DNA of 64,000 nt, from positions 81 through 64,080 of the forward strand of contig JAFRYE010000043.1 of assembly GCA_017441265.1 (NCBI GenBank), written 5' to 3'. A model generated the notes under the pieces. It was not told the origin of the DNA. It saw only the letters and a program-made list of their open reading frames with translations, and did not search any database. Positions 24,391 through 33,948 of the stretch are shown here, in pieces. Origin of the DNA: Lachnospiraceae bacterium. Lineage in GTDB: Bacteria; Bacillota; Clostridia; Lachnospirales; Lachnospiraceae. How positions within the stretch are numbered: position 1 is the first letter of the stretch; each line of letters opens with the position of its first letter. Both the position numbers and the translations under genes were made by a program.

Positions 24391-26148
24391 TCAATTCCTG
24401 CCGGGCATGCACATTGTCCCGCTGCCGACCAGTCCGGATCCGTCCGCCACCGCATCCTGCGCGTCATAGTACGCCTCAAGGCGCGGTCTCGCAGCCTCAT
24501 AGTAGCGCTGCAGCTGCGGATCGAACTGTGTTCCCATGCCGCTTAAGATGATGCTGTCCGCCTTGTCGAACGGCATGCTGTCCTTGTACACCCGCTTGCT
24601 CACGAGCGCGTCATACACGTCGGCGATCGCCATAACACGCGCCTCGATGGGGATCTCCTCACCCTTCAGCCCCTCCGGGTAACCGGAACCGTCCCAGCGC
24701 TCGTGGTGATAGTGCGCCATATTTTCCGCGACATGATGGAACGCCTCGTCGTCGGTGCCTTCCAAGATCGCGTGCACAATGCGCGCGCCTTCCTTCGCAT
24801 GCGCCTTCATCTTCTCGAACTCCTCCGGTTCAAAGCGCCCGGGCTTTCGTAAAATGACATCGTCAACCGCGATCTTTCCGAGGTCGTGCATCGGCGCCGC
24901 CTTTATCATATTGTGGATGAACTCGTCCGTGAATCCCGGCGCATTGTCCTTGCGGATCTCGTCCGTCAGTATCCGGACGCCCTCGCTGGTACGCCGGATA
25001 TGGCCGCCGGTGGAGTTGTCGCGGCTTTCCACCATGGTCGCCATTCCGATGATCAGTTTCTCGTGCATCTCCACGAGGTGCTGCGTCTTCTCCGCGACCT
25101 GATCGCGCAGTTTGGTATTGAAGTTGTTGAGCAGCGTCACGTACTGCTGCTGTTTCGTATTGTCCGTCAGGAAGAACTGATACCCGCCCTTGCGGATCCC
25201 GTCATAGAGATACGCGAGCGTCACCAGATAGCTGTTCTCCCCGAATTTGTAACGGAAGCTGTTGTTCGCCTTGTCCTTCTCGAAGGCATCCAGCCAGCGG
25301 TTGACCTGAACCGCCACGGACTTCTCCTTCGGAAGCACGGTGTCAACCGTGACGTCAGCCAGCTCCGGAAAGATCGTGAGCGCAGTCTCATTACACCCGA
25401 GGTAATGTCGCTTAAAGTCAAAGGAGATAAACGCTTTGTCTCCGGTCTGCACCAGCGTGTCGATGCCCGTGTCGGTGATGTCGTACAGACACACCTGATG
25501 TATGATGATCAGGTACATGATCTGCGCGAACACATAGGCGATCGGCAGCAGTTCCAGATCCTTCGTGATCAGCGACCGTCCTCCGTAAAATGCGATGATC
25601 GCCACGAGCTCCGGAATGAACAACAGCCGGATGATCTTGTTGGAGACATTTTTCTTCCGGAAATAACTGTACACCATCGCGCCGAAGCCCACGGCGAAGT
25701 ACGACAGCGTCAACACGGAAAATACCCCGTGCATGAATCCGTACTGCTTGTTCACGAGCCGGCCGAAGCCGCCCTCGTCGGTAAACTCACAGGCCTTGTA
25801 AAACCAATCCCTGTGCCCGATGCTCAAAACCGAGAAATACACGGCGGTACTCATTCCGAACATCGCAAGTCGAAGCATCTTCGGCACCTTGATGGCACAC
25901 AGGTTGAGGATCGCCAGCGTGATCACCATCTCGAGATACGTCCCCCCGAAGTAGATGATCTTGTTGGCCAGGATCGCCTCCTCCGGATTCCTCGACTGCG
26001 CCATCATCACGTTGCCGAGAATCGAGATCGGCACCATGGCAAAGATCAGCGTGATGTGCACATCAAAATGCTTATGCCATGTGATCACATACGCGAGCGT
26101 CAACGCCGCGGATATAACAAGCAGGATCTGATATAACGCAACAACCAT
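24391..26148 (-). CDS. HD-GYP domain c-di-GMP phosphodiesterase with an N-terminal multi-TM sensor region
   Basis: HDLGK...HHERWDGSGYPEGL...IADVYDAL (HD-GYP signature). About 7 N-terminal TM helices. Confidence 0.85.
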   Translation of the reverse strand: MVVALYQILLVISAALTLAYVITWHKHFDVHITLIFAMVPISILGNVMMAQSRNPEEAILANKIIYFGGTYLEMVITLAILNLCAIKVPKMLRLAMFGMSTAVYFSVLSIGHRDWFYKACEFTDEGGFGRLVNKQYGFMHGVFSVLTLSYFAVGFGAMVYSYFRKKNVSNKIIRLLFIPELVAIIAFYGGRSLITKDLELLPIAYVFAQIMYLIIIHQVCLYDITDTGIDTLVQTGDKAFISFDFKRHYLGCNETALTIFPELADVTVDTVLPKEKSVAVQVNRWLDAFEKDKANNSFRYKFGENSYLVTLAYLYDGIRKGGYQFFLTDNTKQQQYVTLLNNFNTKLRDQVAEKTQHLVEMHEKLIIGMATMVESRDNSTGGHIRRTSEGVRILTDEIRKDNAPGFTDEFIHNMIKAAPMHDLGKIAVDDVILRKPGRFEPEEFEKMKAHAKEGARIVHAILEGTDDEAFHHVAENMAHYHHERWDGSGYPEGLKGEEIPIEARVMAIADVYDALVSKRVYKDSMPFDKADSIILSGMGTQFDPQLQRYYEAARPRLEAYYDAQDAVADGSGLVGSGTMCMPGRN

Positions 26149-26183
26149 GATTTCCTCCGCGAATCACCGTCCGAACAACCGGC

Positions 26184-26729
26184 TCAGTCCTCTCCGACCA
26201 GATGCACCGTCTTGTAATCATGCCCGACGGCGCGAAGGTACGGTCCGAACACGTCCTGCGTGCGAAGTTTAAGGCTTGAGGTGTTGACGCACGGATGGCA
26301 CCCGACGTACTCGTCTTTGAGCACGTCCTCGTCCACAAGCAACTGCACGCGGTGCTCCGGGTCGTTCATCAGTCCCATGACGCTGACCGAACCGGGCTCG
26401 ATGTCGAGATACCGCAGCATGTCGTCGGCGTCCGCAAATGAAAGCCTCGCCGAATTGATCTGAGCCGAAAGCTCCTTGGTCTTAAACTTCTTGTCCCCCG
26501 GCATCATCAACAGATAATACGCCGTCTTCTGCCGGTTGCACAAAAACAGATTCTTGCAGATCAGCACTCCGAGAACGGAGTCGATCTCGTTACACATTTC
26601 CATCGTGCCCGCCGCCTCGTGATCGGTCCTTTCATAGGAAATGCCGAGGGCGTCCAGACAATCGTAAACGCGCATTTCACGCGGCAGCCGCCCCTCACTG
26701 TCCGCGGGGCGTCCGTGATATAATTCCAT
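26184..26729 (-). CDS. Prolyl-tRNA synthetase-associated (YbaK/ProX-like aminoacyl-tRNA editing) domain protein
   Basis: Size and blocks such as CKNLFLCNRQKT, LLMMPGDKKF and GSVSVMGLMND recall the ProX/PrdX family. Confidence 0.7.
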   Translation of the reverse strand: MELYHGRPADSEGRLPREMRVYDCLDALGISYERTDHEAAGTMEMCNEIDSVLGVLICKNLFLCNRQKTAYYLLMMPGDKKFKTKELSAQINSARLSFADADDMLRYLDIEPGSVSVMGLMNDPEHRVQLLVDEDVLKDEYVGCHPCVNTSSLKLRTQDVFGPYLRAVGHDYKTVHLVGED

Positions 26730-26844
26730 GAGTTGTTTACCTCATCGTTTGAGATGTGCTAAGTATAGCATTTTCCGCGGCAAATGTCACTACCTGCTCC
26801 GCTGTTTTTCCGCCTCCCTCCCCTTCGGAAAATGACCTTTTCCC

Positions 26845-26873
26845 TTGTAGTTTTTCGAATATTGTGTTATACT
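26845..26873 (+). promoter_or_regulatory. Promoter for the MoxR operon (TTGTAG-17-TATACT with extended -10 TGT)
   Basis: The sequence cccTTGTAGtttttcgaatattgTGtTATACT lies about 55 nt upstream of the ATG. Confidence 0.5.
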
Positions 26874-26929
26874 ATTTTGAAAGTTTGCGCGCACGCGTAC
26901 GTGCGCGGGCATCTACAGGGAGGCTTTCC

Positions 26930-27850
26930 ATGATCCAATCTCTTCGCGACCGCATCAACAAGGTTTTCGTCGGCAAAAAAGACGTCGTTGACAACGTTCT
27001 GATCTGCCTTCTGGCAGGCGGGCACGTTCTTCTCGAGGACGTCCCCGGCGTTGGCAAGACCACGCTCGCCCGCACTCTCGCGCAGGCGGTTCGCTGCAGT
27101 TTCGGCCGCATTCAGTTTACGCCCGACACCCTGCCCTCCGACGTGACCGGTATGACCGTGTACAATCAGAAGACGGGCAGTTTCGAATATCGCGAGGGCA
27201 CGGTGATGAACCAGATCCTCCTCGCCGACGAGATCAACCGCACCTCACCGAAGACGCAGGCCGCTCTCCTCGAGGCCATGGCGGAAAGCCAGGTCACGGT
27301 GGACGGTGTTCGCTACCCGCTGCCGGCGCCGTTTTTGGTGATCGCCACCCAGAACCCGATCGAATTTGTCGGAACCTATCCGCTTCCCGAAGCGCAGCTC
27401 GACCGTTTCATGATGCGCCTCAGTATCGGCTATCCCGACCGCGAGGCGGAGCTCACGATGACCCGCAATTTCCTGCAGAACGCCTCGGAGGAATCCGTAG
27501 AAGGCGTCTGCTCCGCAGAGGACATCGAGCGCATGAAGCAGGAGGTTGCCGACGTGCATGTGAGCGAGGGCATCCTCGGATATCTTCAGGAGATCATCGC
27601 GCTCACCCGGACCGAAGGTAAACTCGCTCTGGGTGCCAGTCCGCGCGCTCTGCTCGCCCTGACACGCGCTTCCCAGGCTCACGCATACCTGGCCGGACGC
27701 GGCTTCGTCAAGCCCGACGATGTACGCGACGTGGCCGTTCCGGTTTTGCACCACCGCGTCGTTTTGACGCCCGAAGCGCGCATCGCCAAAGAACAGGCAG
27801 ACGATGTGCTCGCCGTGATCATCCGCCAGGCCCGGATCCCGAAAGAGTAG
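26930..27850 (+). CDS. MoxR-family AAA+ ATPase
   Basis: Walker A EDVPGVGKTTLA, Walker B LLADEINR, typical ~306 aa. ATG 26930 follows AGGGAGG; the ORF extension from 26756 is non-coding. Confidence 0.9.
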   Translation: MIQSLRDRINKVFVGKKDVVDNVLICLLAGGHVLLEDVPGVGKTTLARTLAQAVRCSFGRIQFTPDTLPSDVTGMTVYNQKTGSFEYREGTVMNQILLADEINRTSPKTQAALLEAMAESQVTVDGVRYPLPAPFLVIATQNPIEFVGTYPLPEAQLDRFMMRLSIGYPDREAELTMTRNFLQNASEESVEGVCSAEDIERMKQEVADVHVSEGILGYLQEIIALTRTEGKLALGASPRALLALTRASQAHAYLAGRGFVKPDDVRDVAVPVLHHRVVLTPEARIAKEQADDVLAVIIRQARIPKE

Positions 27851-27858
27851 GTACCAAC

Positions 27859-29019
27859 GTGAAACTACGCCGTATCATCGTAGGTCTTCTGTGGGTTCTG
27901 TCGCTCGTCGGCATCTCCTTCTACGGCGGCCCCGTCTCCTACGGTTTCTTCATCATGATCACCCTGCTCCCGGTGATCTCGCTTGTGTACCTCTGCGTCG
28001 TTCGCTGGCGCTTCAAGATCTACCAGCGTCTCGAGGGCAAATCCTTTGTAAGCAATCACGCGATCCCCTATTTCTTCACTTTGCAAAACGAGGATCGCTT
28101 TGCGTTCGCGAGCATTCGCACTTTTTTCTATGCCGATTTTTCCACCGTGACCGGTCTGCCCGACGGAGTTGAGTACGAACTTCTGCCCGGCACCCGCATT
28201 GAGCGGGATACGACCGTCATCGGCCGCTACCGCGGCACCTACCGCGTCGGCATCCGCACCGTGGAGATCACGGATTTTCTTCGTCTCTTCCGCTTCCGGT
28301 ACACGAACCGCGAGCCTGTGGAAGTCTCCATCCGCCCGAATGTGGTGACCCTCGCCGACCCTTCCGGACTTCAGCTTGCGCGGGTTCTCTCGCGCGACTA
28401 CCCCTTCGGCGCAACGGTTCCGGACTTCACGGTCCGCGAGTACGCCCCCGGTGACCCGTACCGCCGCATTCAGTGGAAGGCAACCGCCCGCGAACAGCGT
28501 CTGATGGTTCGCCGCGTGACCGGCGAAGCACAGCCGAACGTCAGCATTTTACTGAGTGCCTTCCGCTTTCAAAAGGAGATTACCGACTACCTTCCGACCG
28601 AAAATAAGATGCTTGAGATCGCTCTCGCCCTCGCAGACTTTTTCCTGCGTCAGGGCATTCCGAGTGCGGCCTTTTTCCGCACGGACATGCTCACCCGCAC
28701 GGACATTGTCGACCGCGATTCCTTCGATCTGTTCTACGAGCATTGCTCCGATATTCTCTTTAATCCCATCTACGGCGACGGCAATCTCTTTGCCGAGACG
28801 ATCCGCCAGCCCGGTGTAGCCGACGGCCGTGCGGCCTTCCTGATCCTGAACACCTGGACCGCGAAAGCAGAGCGTCTCGCAAGCCTTCTCAACGCCGGCA
28901 GTGTCCCGGTGATCGTCTACCTCGTCTCCGACCGCAAAGAGGCGCCCGACACCGCACATCTTCCGCTCACCGAGATTTTCGTGATCTCGCCGGAAGCGGA
29001 TCTGCAGGAGGTGTTATGA
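27859..29019 (+). CDS. DUF58 domain protein (MoxR partner, 2 N-terminal TM segments)
   Basis: REY.PGD...I.WK motif (VREYAPGDPYRRIQWKATAR). GTG start 9 nt after the MoxR stop. Confidence 0.8.
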   Translation: MKLRRIIVGLLWVLSLVGISFYGGPVSYGFFIMITLLPVISLVYLCVVRWRFKIYQRLEGKSFVSNHAIPYFFTLQNEDRFAFASIRTFFYADFSTVTGLPDGVEYELLPGTRIERDTTVIGRYRGTYRVGIRTVEITDFLRLFRFRYTNREPVEVSIRPNVVTLADPSGLQLARVLSRDYPFGATVPDFTVREYAPGDPYRRIQWKATAREQRLMVRRVTGEAQPNVSILLSAFRFQKEITDYLPTENKMLEIALALADFFLRQGIPSAAFFRTDMLTRTDIVDRDSFDLFYEHCSDILFNPIYGDGNLFAETIRQPGVADGRAAFLILNTWTAKAERLASLLNAGSVPVIVYLVSDRKEAPDTAHLPLTEIFVISPEADLQEVL

Positions 29020-31247
29020 TGAGATCGCCGAAACACTTCCTTTACGAAACCATACTTGCGGCTCCGCTGTCCATCGCCCTGTTGTACCTCCTCCGCGAGG
29101 AACTCGGCCTATCCAAGGTCAGCGTCGTGCATTGTCTCTTTGCCGCCGCAGCCTGCGCTTTTTGTGCTCTGTATCAATACCGCAAAGGCAACAACCGCCT
29201 GATCCTCCTCGGCGCGGCCGCGATCGTGTTGCTCCTCTCCGGGCTTTACGCTCGCTACTCCGACAGCGCGGACTATGCTTACAACCATCGCTACCTGTGG
29301 CTGATCCCGCTGCTCGCCGTCGGGTGCTACCTCATCGCGATCCTGAACCGGTTTTTCGCCGTCCGAATGCTCACCGCAGCCGGGATCGTCACCTGCCTTG
29401 TCTTTCTGCTCGTGAACGAACTGACCGTGCCGAAGATCTGCGTCATGCTCTTCCTCACGGTACTGATCCTCGTCTTTGCGGACAGCATTCAGCGCCGCTG
29501 GGTGAAGCAGGGCGACACATCGCCCACGCAGCACCTCGTCTGCATCGCCCCGTTCGTGGCGCTGTGGCTTTTCATCGCGCTGCTCTTCCCCGTGAGTTCC
29601 AAACCATACGACTGGAACTTCTTCCGGAAGATCTGGAACCGGATTGAGGATTTCGGTCTCTTCTTCTCACAGCGCTTCGGCCGCAGTGATGATTTCAAGA
29701 ACTATATGACCGGCTTCTCGCAAAATGCCGACGTCGGCACCGGCGGTATCTCGGAAAACAGCACTGTCCTCATGCATCTGCGGCTTCTCAACGGCCATCT
29801 TCCGGTTTCCCTGCATCTCGGCGGCCAGACCTGCGACACGCTGGACGGTCTCACCTGGATCAGCACCGTCGAAGACGACTTCCGCGAGGGGGAATTCGAT
29901 TATCTGGAAACCATGAGTGCCTTCTGGCAGCACGGGCATGTCAACGACTATATCCGCAGCATCGAACTCGAGGTCACGTACCGTGATTTTACGACGAAGC
30001 ATGTGTTCACGCCCGAAAAGCCCGCCACGCGCCCCTGGACCCTCGGACAACTCAAAGCCGTCGCGCAGGGAGAAAACCTTTTCTTTGACGAGCTCAAGGG
30101 CGTCAATTTCCGGTACGATATCGAAGGAATTCGCATGAACCGGCTGCATCCGGCATTTTCCGAATTCATGGCGACACGGGAGGCAATCACCGAAGAGTCC
30201 TGGACCGGCTGGTCCATCTCCACTCACGAGGATCCGAACTTCTCGGATCTCGAAGCGTATCGGCAGCGCATCCGCGACACTTACCTGCAGCCTGTCAACG
30301 TTTCCTCGAAAGTACGTGATTTCATCGACACGGTCTGTGAGGATGAGACCGACGGCTACGCCCGGCTCCTTCGCCTTTCCCAGGCGCTGTCCGGATTCAC
30401 CTACTCACGCTCCCCGGGCGCCCTTCCGGAAACCGTGACCGACGGCGAATCCTACCTTGACTACTTCGTGGATTCCCGCACCGGATTCTGCATCCACTAT
30501 GCGACGGCAATGACGCTTCTCGCCCGCGCCGAAGGATACCCCGCCCGTTATGTCCAGGGTTTCCTGGTTCCGTTCCTCAACGACCGTGAGATCGATGTGA
30601 CCGGCGACATGGCCCACGCCTGGTGTGAGGTTTATTTTGAAAATGTCGGCTGGATCATCTTCGAAGCAACCCCCGGATTTGCCTCCGACGCCTACTGGGC
30701 AGTCTCCGGCGACGGCGGGGTCGAGCCGAGCGTTCCCACCCCGTATGTGCCTCGCCCGAGCATTCCGACGCCCGGCGCACCGGGTACCACAGAGCCTTCG
30801 ACAACCTCGACGACCAAGCAGACGTCCTCGAGTGCGCCGCTGTTTATCACCGCCGCATTCGTCCTGCTCCTGCTCTTTGCCGTGATCGTTCTTGTCCTTG
30901 ACCGGTGGATCACCAACCGCCGCTACGACCGCATGTCCTATCGAGAGCAAATGGCGACGCTCTACCGCCGGAACCGCAACCTCCTCGCGTGGATCAACCT
31001 TCCGTGCGCCGAGGATGAGACCCTCACCGAATACGCCGAACGCCTGAGCGGCATCCTGCCCCCGCAGGCCGTCAAATGGATTCCTTCCTACGAAGCCTGC
31101 ATCTACGGCGATGCCGACGACTCCGCCACGGAGATCACCACCGTGGCTCTCATGGAAGACGCCAACGAATGCCTCCGGAAGCAATTCCGCGAGCAGGATC
31201 CTGCCCGCTACCGGATCTATCGGCTCTTCAATCGAATGCTTCACTGA
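29016..31247 (+). CDS. Transglutaminase-like (TgpA-type) multi-pass membrane protein
   Basis: Cys-His-Asp core: GFCIHYATAM ... HAWCEVYF ... IIFEATP. Many TM helices. ATGA overlap with the DUF58 stop. Confidence 0.85.
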   Translation: MMRSPKHFLYETILAAPLSIALLYLLREELGLSKVSVVHCLFAAAACAFCALYQYRKGNNRLILLGAAAIVLLLSGLYARYSDSADYAYNHRYLWLIPLLAVGCYLIAILNRFFAVRMLTAAGIVTCLVFLLVNELTVPKICVMLFLTVLILVFADSIQRRWVKQGDTSPTQHLVCIAPFVALWLFIALLFPVSSKPYDWNFFRKIWNRIEDFGLFFSQRFGRSDDFKNYMTGFSQNADVGTGGISENSTVLMHLRLLNGHLPVSLHLGGQTCDTLDGLTWISTVEDDFREGEFDYLETMSAFWQHGHVNDYIRSIELEVTYRDFTTKHVFTPEKPATRPWTLGQLKAVAQGENLFFDELKGVNFRYDIEGIRMNRLHPAFSEFMATREAITEESWTGWSISTHEDPNFSDLEAYRQRIRDTYLQPVNVSSKVRDFIDTVCEDETDGYARLLRLSQALSGFTYSRSPGALPETVTDGESYLDYFVDSRTGFCIHYATAMTLLARAEGYPARYVQGFLVPFLNDREIDVTGDMAHAWCEVYFENVGWIIFEATPGFASDAYWAVSGDGGVEPSVPTPYVPRPSIPTPGAPGTTEPSTTSTTKQTSSSAPLFITAAFVLLLLFAVIVLVLDRWITNRRYDRMSYREQMATLYRRNRNLLAWINLPCAEDETLTEYAERLSGILPPQAVKWIPSYEACIYGDADDSATEITTVALMEDANECLRKQFREQDPARYRIYRLFNRMLH

Positions 31248-31256
31248 TTCATCAAA

Positions 31257-31282
31257 AAGCGCCCGGTTTCCGCCGGGCGCTT
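31257..31282. terminator. Bidirectional terminator between the transglutaminase gene and glmS
   Basis: aagcgcccgg-tttccg-ccgggcgctt, flanked by AAAAA upstream and TT downstream. Confidence 0.65.
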
Positions 31283-31298
31283 AGTGCTGTCTTCATAC

Positions 31299-33137
31299 TT
31301 ATTCCACTGTAACCGACTTGGCAAGGTTTCTCGGCTTGTCGATATCGCAGCCGCGGTTGAGCGCCACATAGTACGCGAACAACTGCAGCGGAAGCACGCC
31401 GAGCACCGACTGAAGAAGCGGGTGCGTTTTCGGAAGAATCATCAGCTCGTCGGCCTGATCTTTCACATACGGTGCCGTCTCCTCCGTAGCGACCGCGATC
31501 ACATCCGCGCCGCGGGCGCGAACCTCCACAATGTTGGAACGCGTCTTCTCGATGAGAGGCGTATATGTCGCGAGCGCGATCACGAGCGTGCCGGGTTCGA
31601 TCAGGGAAATGGTTCCGTGCTTCAACTCTCCTGCCGCATAGGACTCGGAGTGAATGTAAGAAATCTCCTTGAGCTTCAACGATCCCTCAAGGCCAAGCGC
31701 ATAATCGAGATTCCGCCCGATAAAGAAGACACTGTCCTGATTGAAATAGCGGGCAGCCGCCTCCTGATAAATCTTTAAATCTGAGAGAACTCCGTCGATC
31801 TTCTCCGGTAATTTGTCGAATTCGTCGAGGATTGCCTTGCGCTCTTCGGCGTCAATCTTTCCGTTGCACTCTGCGCAGTATACGCCGAGCAGGATCAACA
31901 GAGCCATCTGTGTCGTGTACGCCTTGGTCGTCGCAACCGCGATCTCCGGACCGGCCCATGTATAGAGCGTAATGTCGGACTCACGGGCAATGCTGCTGCC
32001 GACAACGTTTACGATGGAAAGCACCTTCGAACCGCGCTTCTTCGCCTCGCGGAGCGCCGCCATCGAATCCAGCGTCTCGCCGGACTGGCTGATGACGATC
32101 ACCAGGGTGTCATCACCGAGCAGCGGCTCACTGTAGCGGAATTCCGACGCAAGATATGCATCCACGGGGATGCGGAGAAGACGCTCAAGGGCGTATTTTC
32201 CGATCATGCCGACATGGTATGCGGAACCGCAGGCCACGATGCAGATCTTGCGAAGCCCCTGCAAATAGGGCTCCATCCCGGCAAGTTCCTCAATGACAAC
32301 CCGTCCGTCATGAACGCGCGGGGAAATCGTCTTGCGAACCGCCTCGCCCTGCTCCATGATCTCCTTCAGCATAAAATGAGCATAACCGCCCTTTTCCGCA
32401 GCACTCACGTCCCACTCGATCGTGTGGCGCGGCTTGTCGATCGCGGTGCGATCCTGATCAAAGATCTGCACTCCGTCCGCCGTCAAAACCGCAACTTCAC
32501 CGTCCTCCATGTACGTCACGGTGCGCGTGTACCGAAGCAGCGCCGTCACGTCGGACGCGATGTAATTGCCGTCCTCGCCGTAGCCGATCAGCAGGGGCGC
32601 ATCCTTGCGTGCCGCGATCATTTGCCCCGGAAAATCCTTGCACAGGATTCCCATCGCATATGCGCCTTCGATCCGGCCGAGCACCGCATACACGGCATCC
32701 ATGAGATTGCCGAGCTTGCGATAGTAATACTCCATCAGCTGCGCGATAACTTCCGTGTCCGTCTCCGACTGGAAAATGATTCCCTTCCGCTCCAAAAGTT
32801 CGCGGATCTCAAGATAGTTCTCAATGATACCGTTGTGCACGACAGCAATCTTACCGTCCTGACCGATGTGAGGATGCGCGTTCGTGTCGTTGGGCTCGCC
32901 GTGGGTTGCCCAGCGGGTGTGACCGATACCGATCGTCCCGCGAAGCGGATCCTGCTGTTCCAAATGCTCGCGAAGCACCGACAAACGCCCCTTGGTCTTC
33001 ACTACCCGAAGCTCACTCTCCGGAGATACAACAGCAACGCCCGCCGAATCATATCCGCGATATTCCAGTCTCTCAAGACCGTCCAACAAAATCGGAACAG
33101 CTTCCGACTTTCCTACATAACCGATAATTCCGCACAT
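31299..33137 (-). CDS. glmS: Glutamine--fructose-6-phosphate aminotransferase
   Basis: MCGIIGYVG N-terminal nucleophile, two SIS domains, C-terminal KSVTVE. Confidence 0.97.
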   Translation of the reverse strand: MCGIIGYVGKSEAVPILLDGLERLEYRGYDSAGVAVVSPESELRVVKTKGRLSVLREHLEQQDPLRGTIGIGHTRWATHGEPNDTNAHPHIGQDGKIAVVHNGIIENYLEIRELLERKGIIFQSETDTEVIAQLMEYYYRKLGNLMDAVYAVLGRIEGAYAMGILCKDFPGQMIAARKDAPLLIGYGEDGNYIASDVTALLRYTRTVTYMEDGEVAVLTADGVQIFDQDRTAIDKPRHTIEWDVSAAEKGGYAHFMLKEIMEQGEAVRKTISPRVHDGRVVIEELAGMEPYLQGLRKICIVACGSAYHVGMIGKYALERLLRIPVDAYLASEFRYSEPLLGDDTLVIVISQSGETLDSMAALREAKKRGSKVLSIVNVVGSSIARESDITLYTWAGPEIAVATTKAYTTQMALLILLGVYCAECNGKIDAEERKAILDEFDKLPEKIDGVLSDLKIYQEAAARYFNQDSVFFIGRNLDYALGLEGSLKLKEISYIHSESYAAGELKHGTISLIEPGTLVIALATYTPLIEKTRSNIVEVRARGADVIAVATEETAPYVKDQADELMILPKTHPLLQSVLGVLPLQLFAYYVALNRGCDIDKPRNLAKSVTVE

Positions 33138-33215
33138 AACATTCTACTCCTGTAGTCTACTTATTTTTCTGCGTTTCCTGCGCATGACCTTCAGTTTGAA
33201 CAACCTTTGTTACCT

Positions 33216-33740
33216 TCATGCCCCTTTGCGGATCTCCTCATTGATCTCCGCCGCCACCGACGCGAAGATCATCTCCAGATACCGCTCCGGCTCGGGGTAC
33301 GTACTCTTTCGCAGCTTAAACTCGTCCAGCAGTCCGATCAGCCGCTTGATCGGTTCTTTGAAACGGCACAGCACCAGCATCGTCCCTATGGCTTCCTTCT
33401 GGTCCAGCTGGATCATCACGCCGGCCATGTAGCTCTCATAGTACGCGATTGCCCCGGCGCTCCAAAGCGTATAGACCGAATTCACGATCTGTCTGCCCTT
33501 GTCCGCCGGAACTGCCGCAACCGTATTCTCTTCCCCGTAGTACAGCCGCTCAATCGACACGCCGAGCGCTTTCGCAATCTTCGCGATCGTCATCAGGTTG
33601 GGAATCTTCTTGGAATTCTCATACGCACACAAAGTCGTATTGGAAATCCCGCACAGACCCGCCAGTTTCTCCTGCGAATACTGTTTTCGCTGCCGCACTT
33701 CGCGGATGTTGCCGCCGATATGTTCCTCGTACGTCTCCAT
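33216..33740 (-). CDS. XRE-family helix-turn-helix transcriptional regulator
   Basis: HTH_3 motif IREVRQRKQYSQEKLAGLCGISNTTLCAYENSKKIPNLMTIAKIAKALGV. ATG 33740 lies 7 nt after AAGGAG. Confidence 0.85.
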   Translation of the reverse strand: METYEEHIGGNIREVRQRKQYSQEKLAGLCGISNTTLCAYENSKKIPNLMTIAKIAKALGVSIERLYYGEENTVAAVPADKGRQIVNSVYTLWSAGAIAYYESYMAGVMIQLDQKEAIGTMLVLCRFKEPIKRLIGLLDEFKLRKSTYPEPERYLEMIFASVAAEINEEIRKGA

Positions 33741-33801
33741 CTGCACACTCCTTCGCCGCTGTTTCTTCGAAAAATGAACCGTTCGTTTAACTTTCTTAAG
33801 C

Positions 33802-33830
33802 TATCGTTCAACGATATTAAACTATCGTTG
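33802..33830. promoter_or_regulatory. Candidate operator: perfect palindrome TATCGTTcAACGATA plus a third half-site (ctATCGTTg)
   Basis: Palindrome at 33802-33816 and half-site at 33822-33830, immediately downstream of the predicted XRE promoter -10. Confidence 0.5.
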
Positions 33831-33836
33831 TAATAT

Positions 33837-33865
33837 AGTATACTCTCCTTTGCCCGGACTTGCAA
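33837..33865 (-). promoter_or_regulatory. Promoter of the XRE regulator (TTGCAA-17-TATACT)
   Basis: The minus strand reads TTGCAAgtccgggcaaaggagagTATACT. Confidence 0.55.
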
Positions 33866-33886
33866 GTCTTTTTTCATTTTACGCAC

Positions 33887-33914
33887 AAAAAAGGGCCGGA
33901 CAAACGTCCGACCC
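33887..33914 (-). terminator. Intrinsic terminator downstream of the lipoprotein gene
   Basis: Minus strand reads gggtcggac-gttt-gtccggccc followed by TTTTTT. Confidence 0.65.
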
Positions 33915-33948
33915 TCTTGCAATCCTATTGATCTTTGCGCGCCGGGAA

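Noticed and set aside
26756-26929. N-terminal extensions on the MoxR ORF (here, 58 codons), the ECF sigma ORF (57453-57698) and other ORFs (6954-7091, 11432-11545, 6140-6253)
   Set aside because: The extensions lack an RBS and have non-protein-like composition. Conserved N-termini with good Shine-Dalgarno sequences occur downstream.
33138-33215. glmS ribozyme in the glmS 5' UTR
   Set aside because: Only 78 nt are available before the upstream gene, and the conserved ribozyme core sequences are not visible. This needs a covariance-model check to be final.
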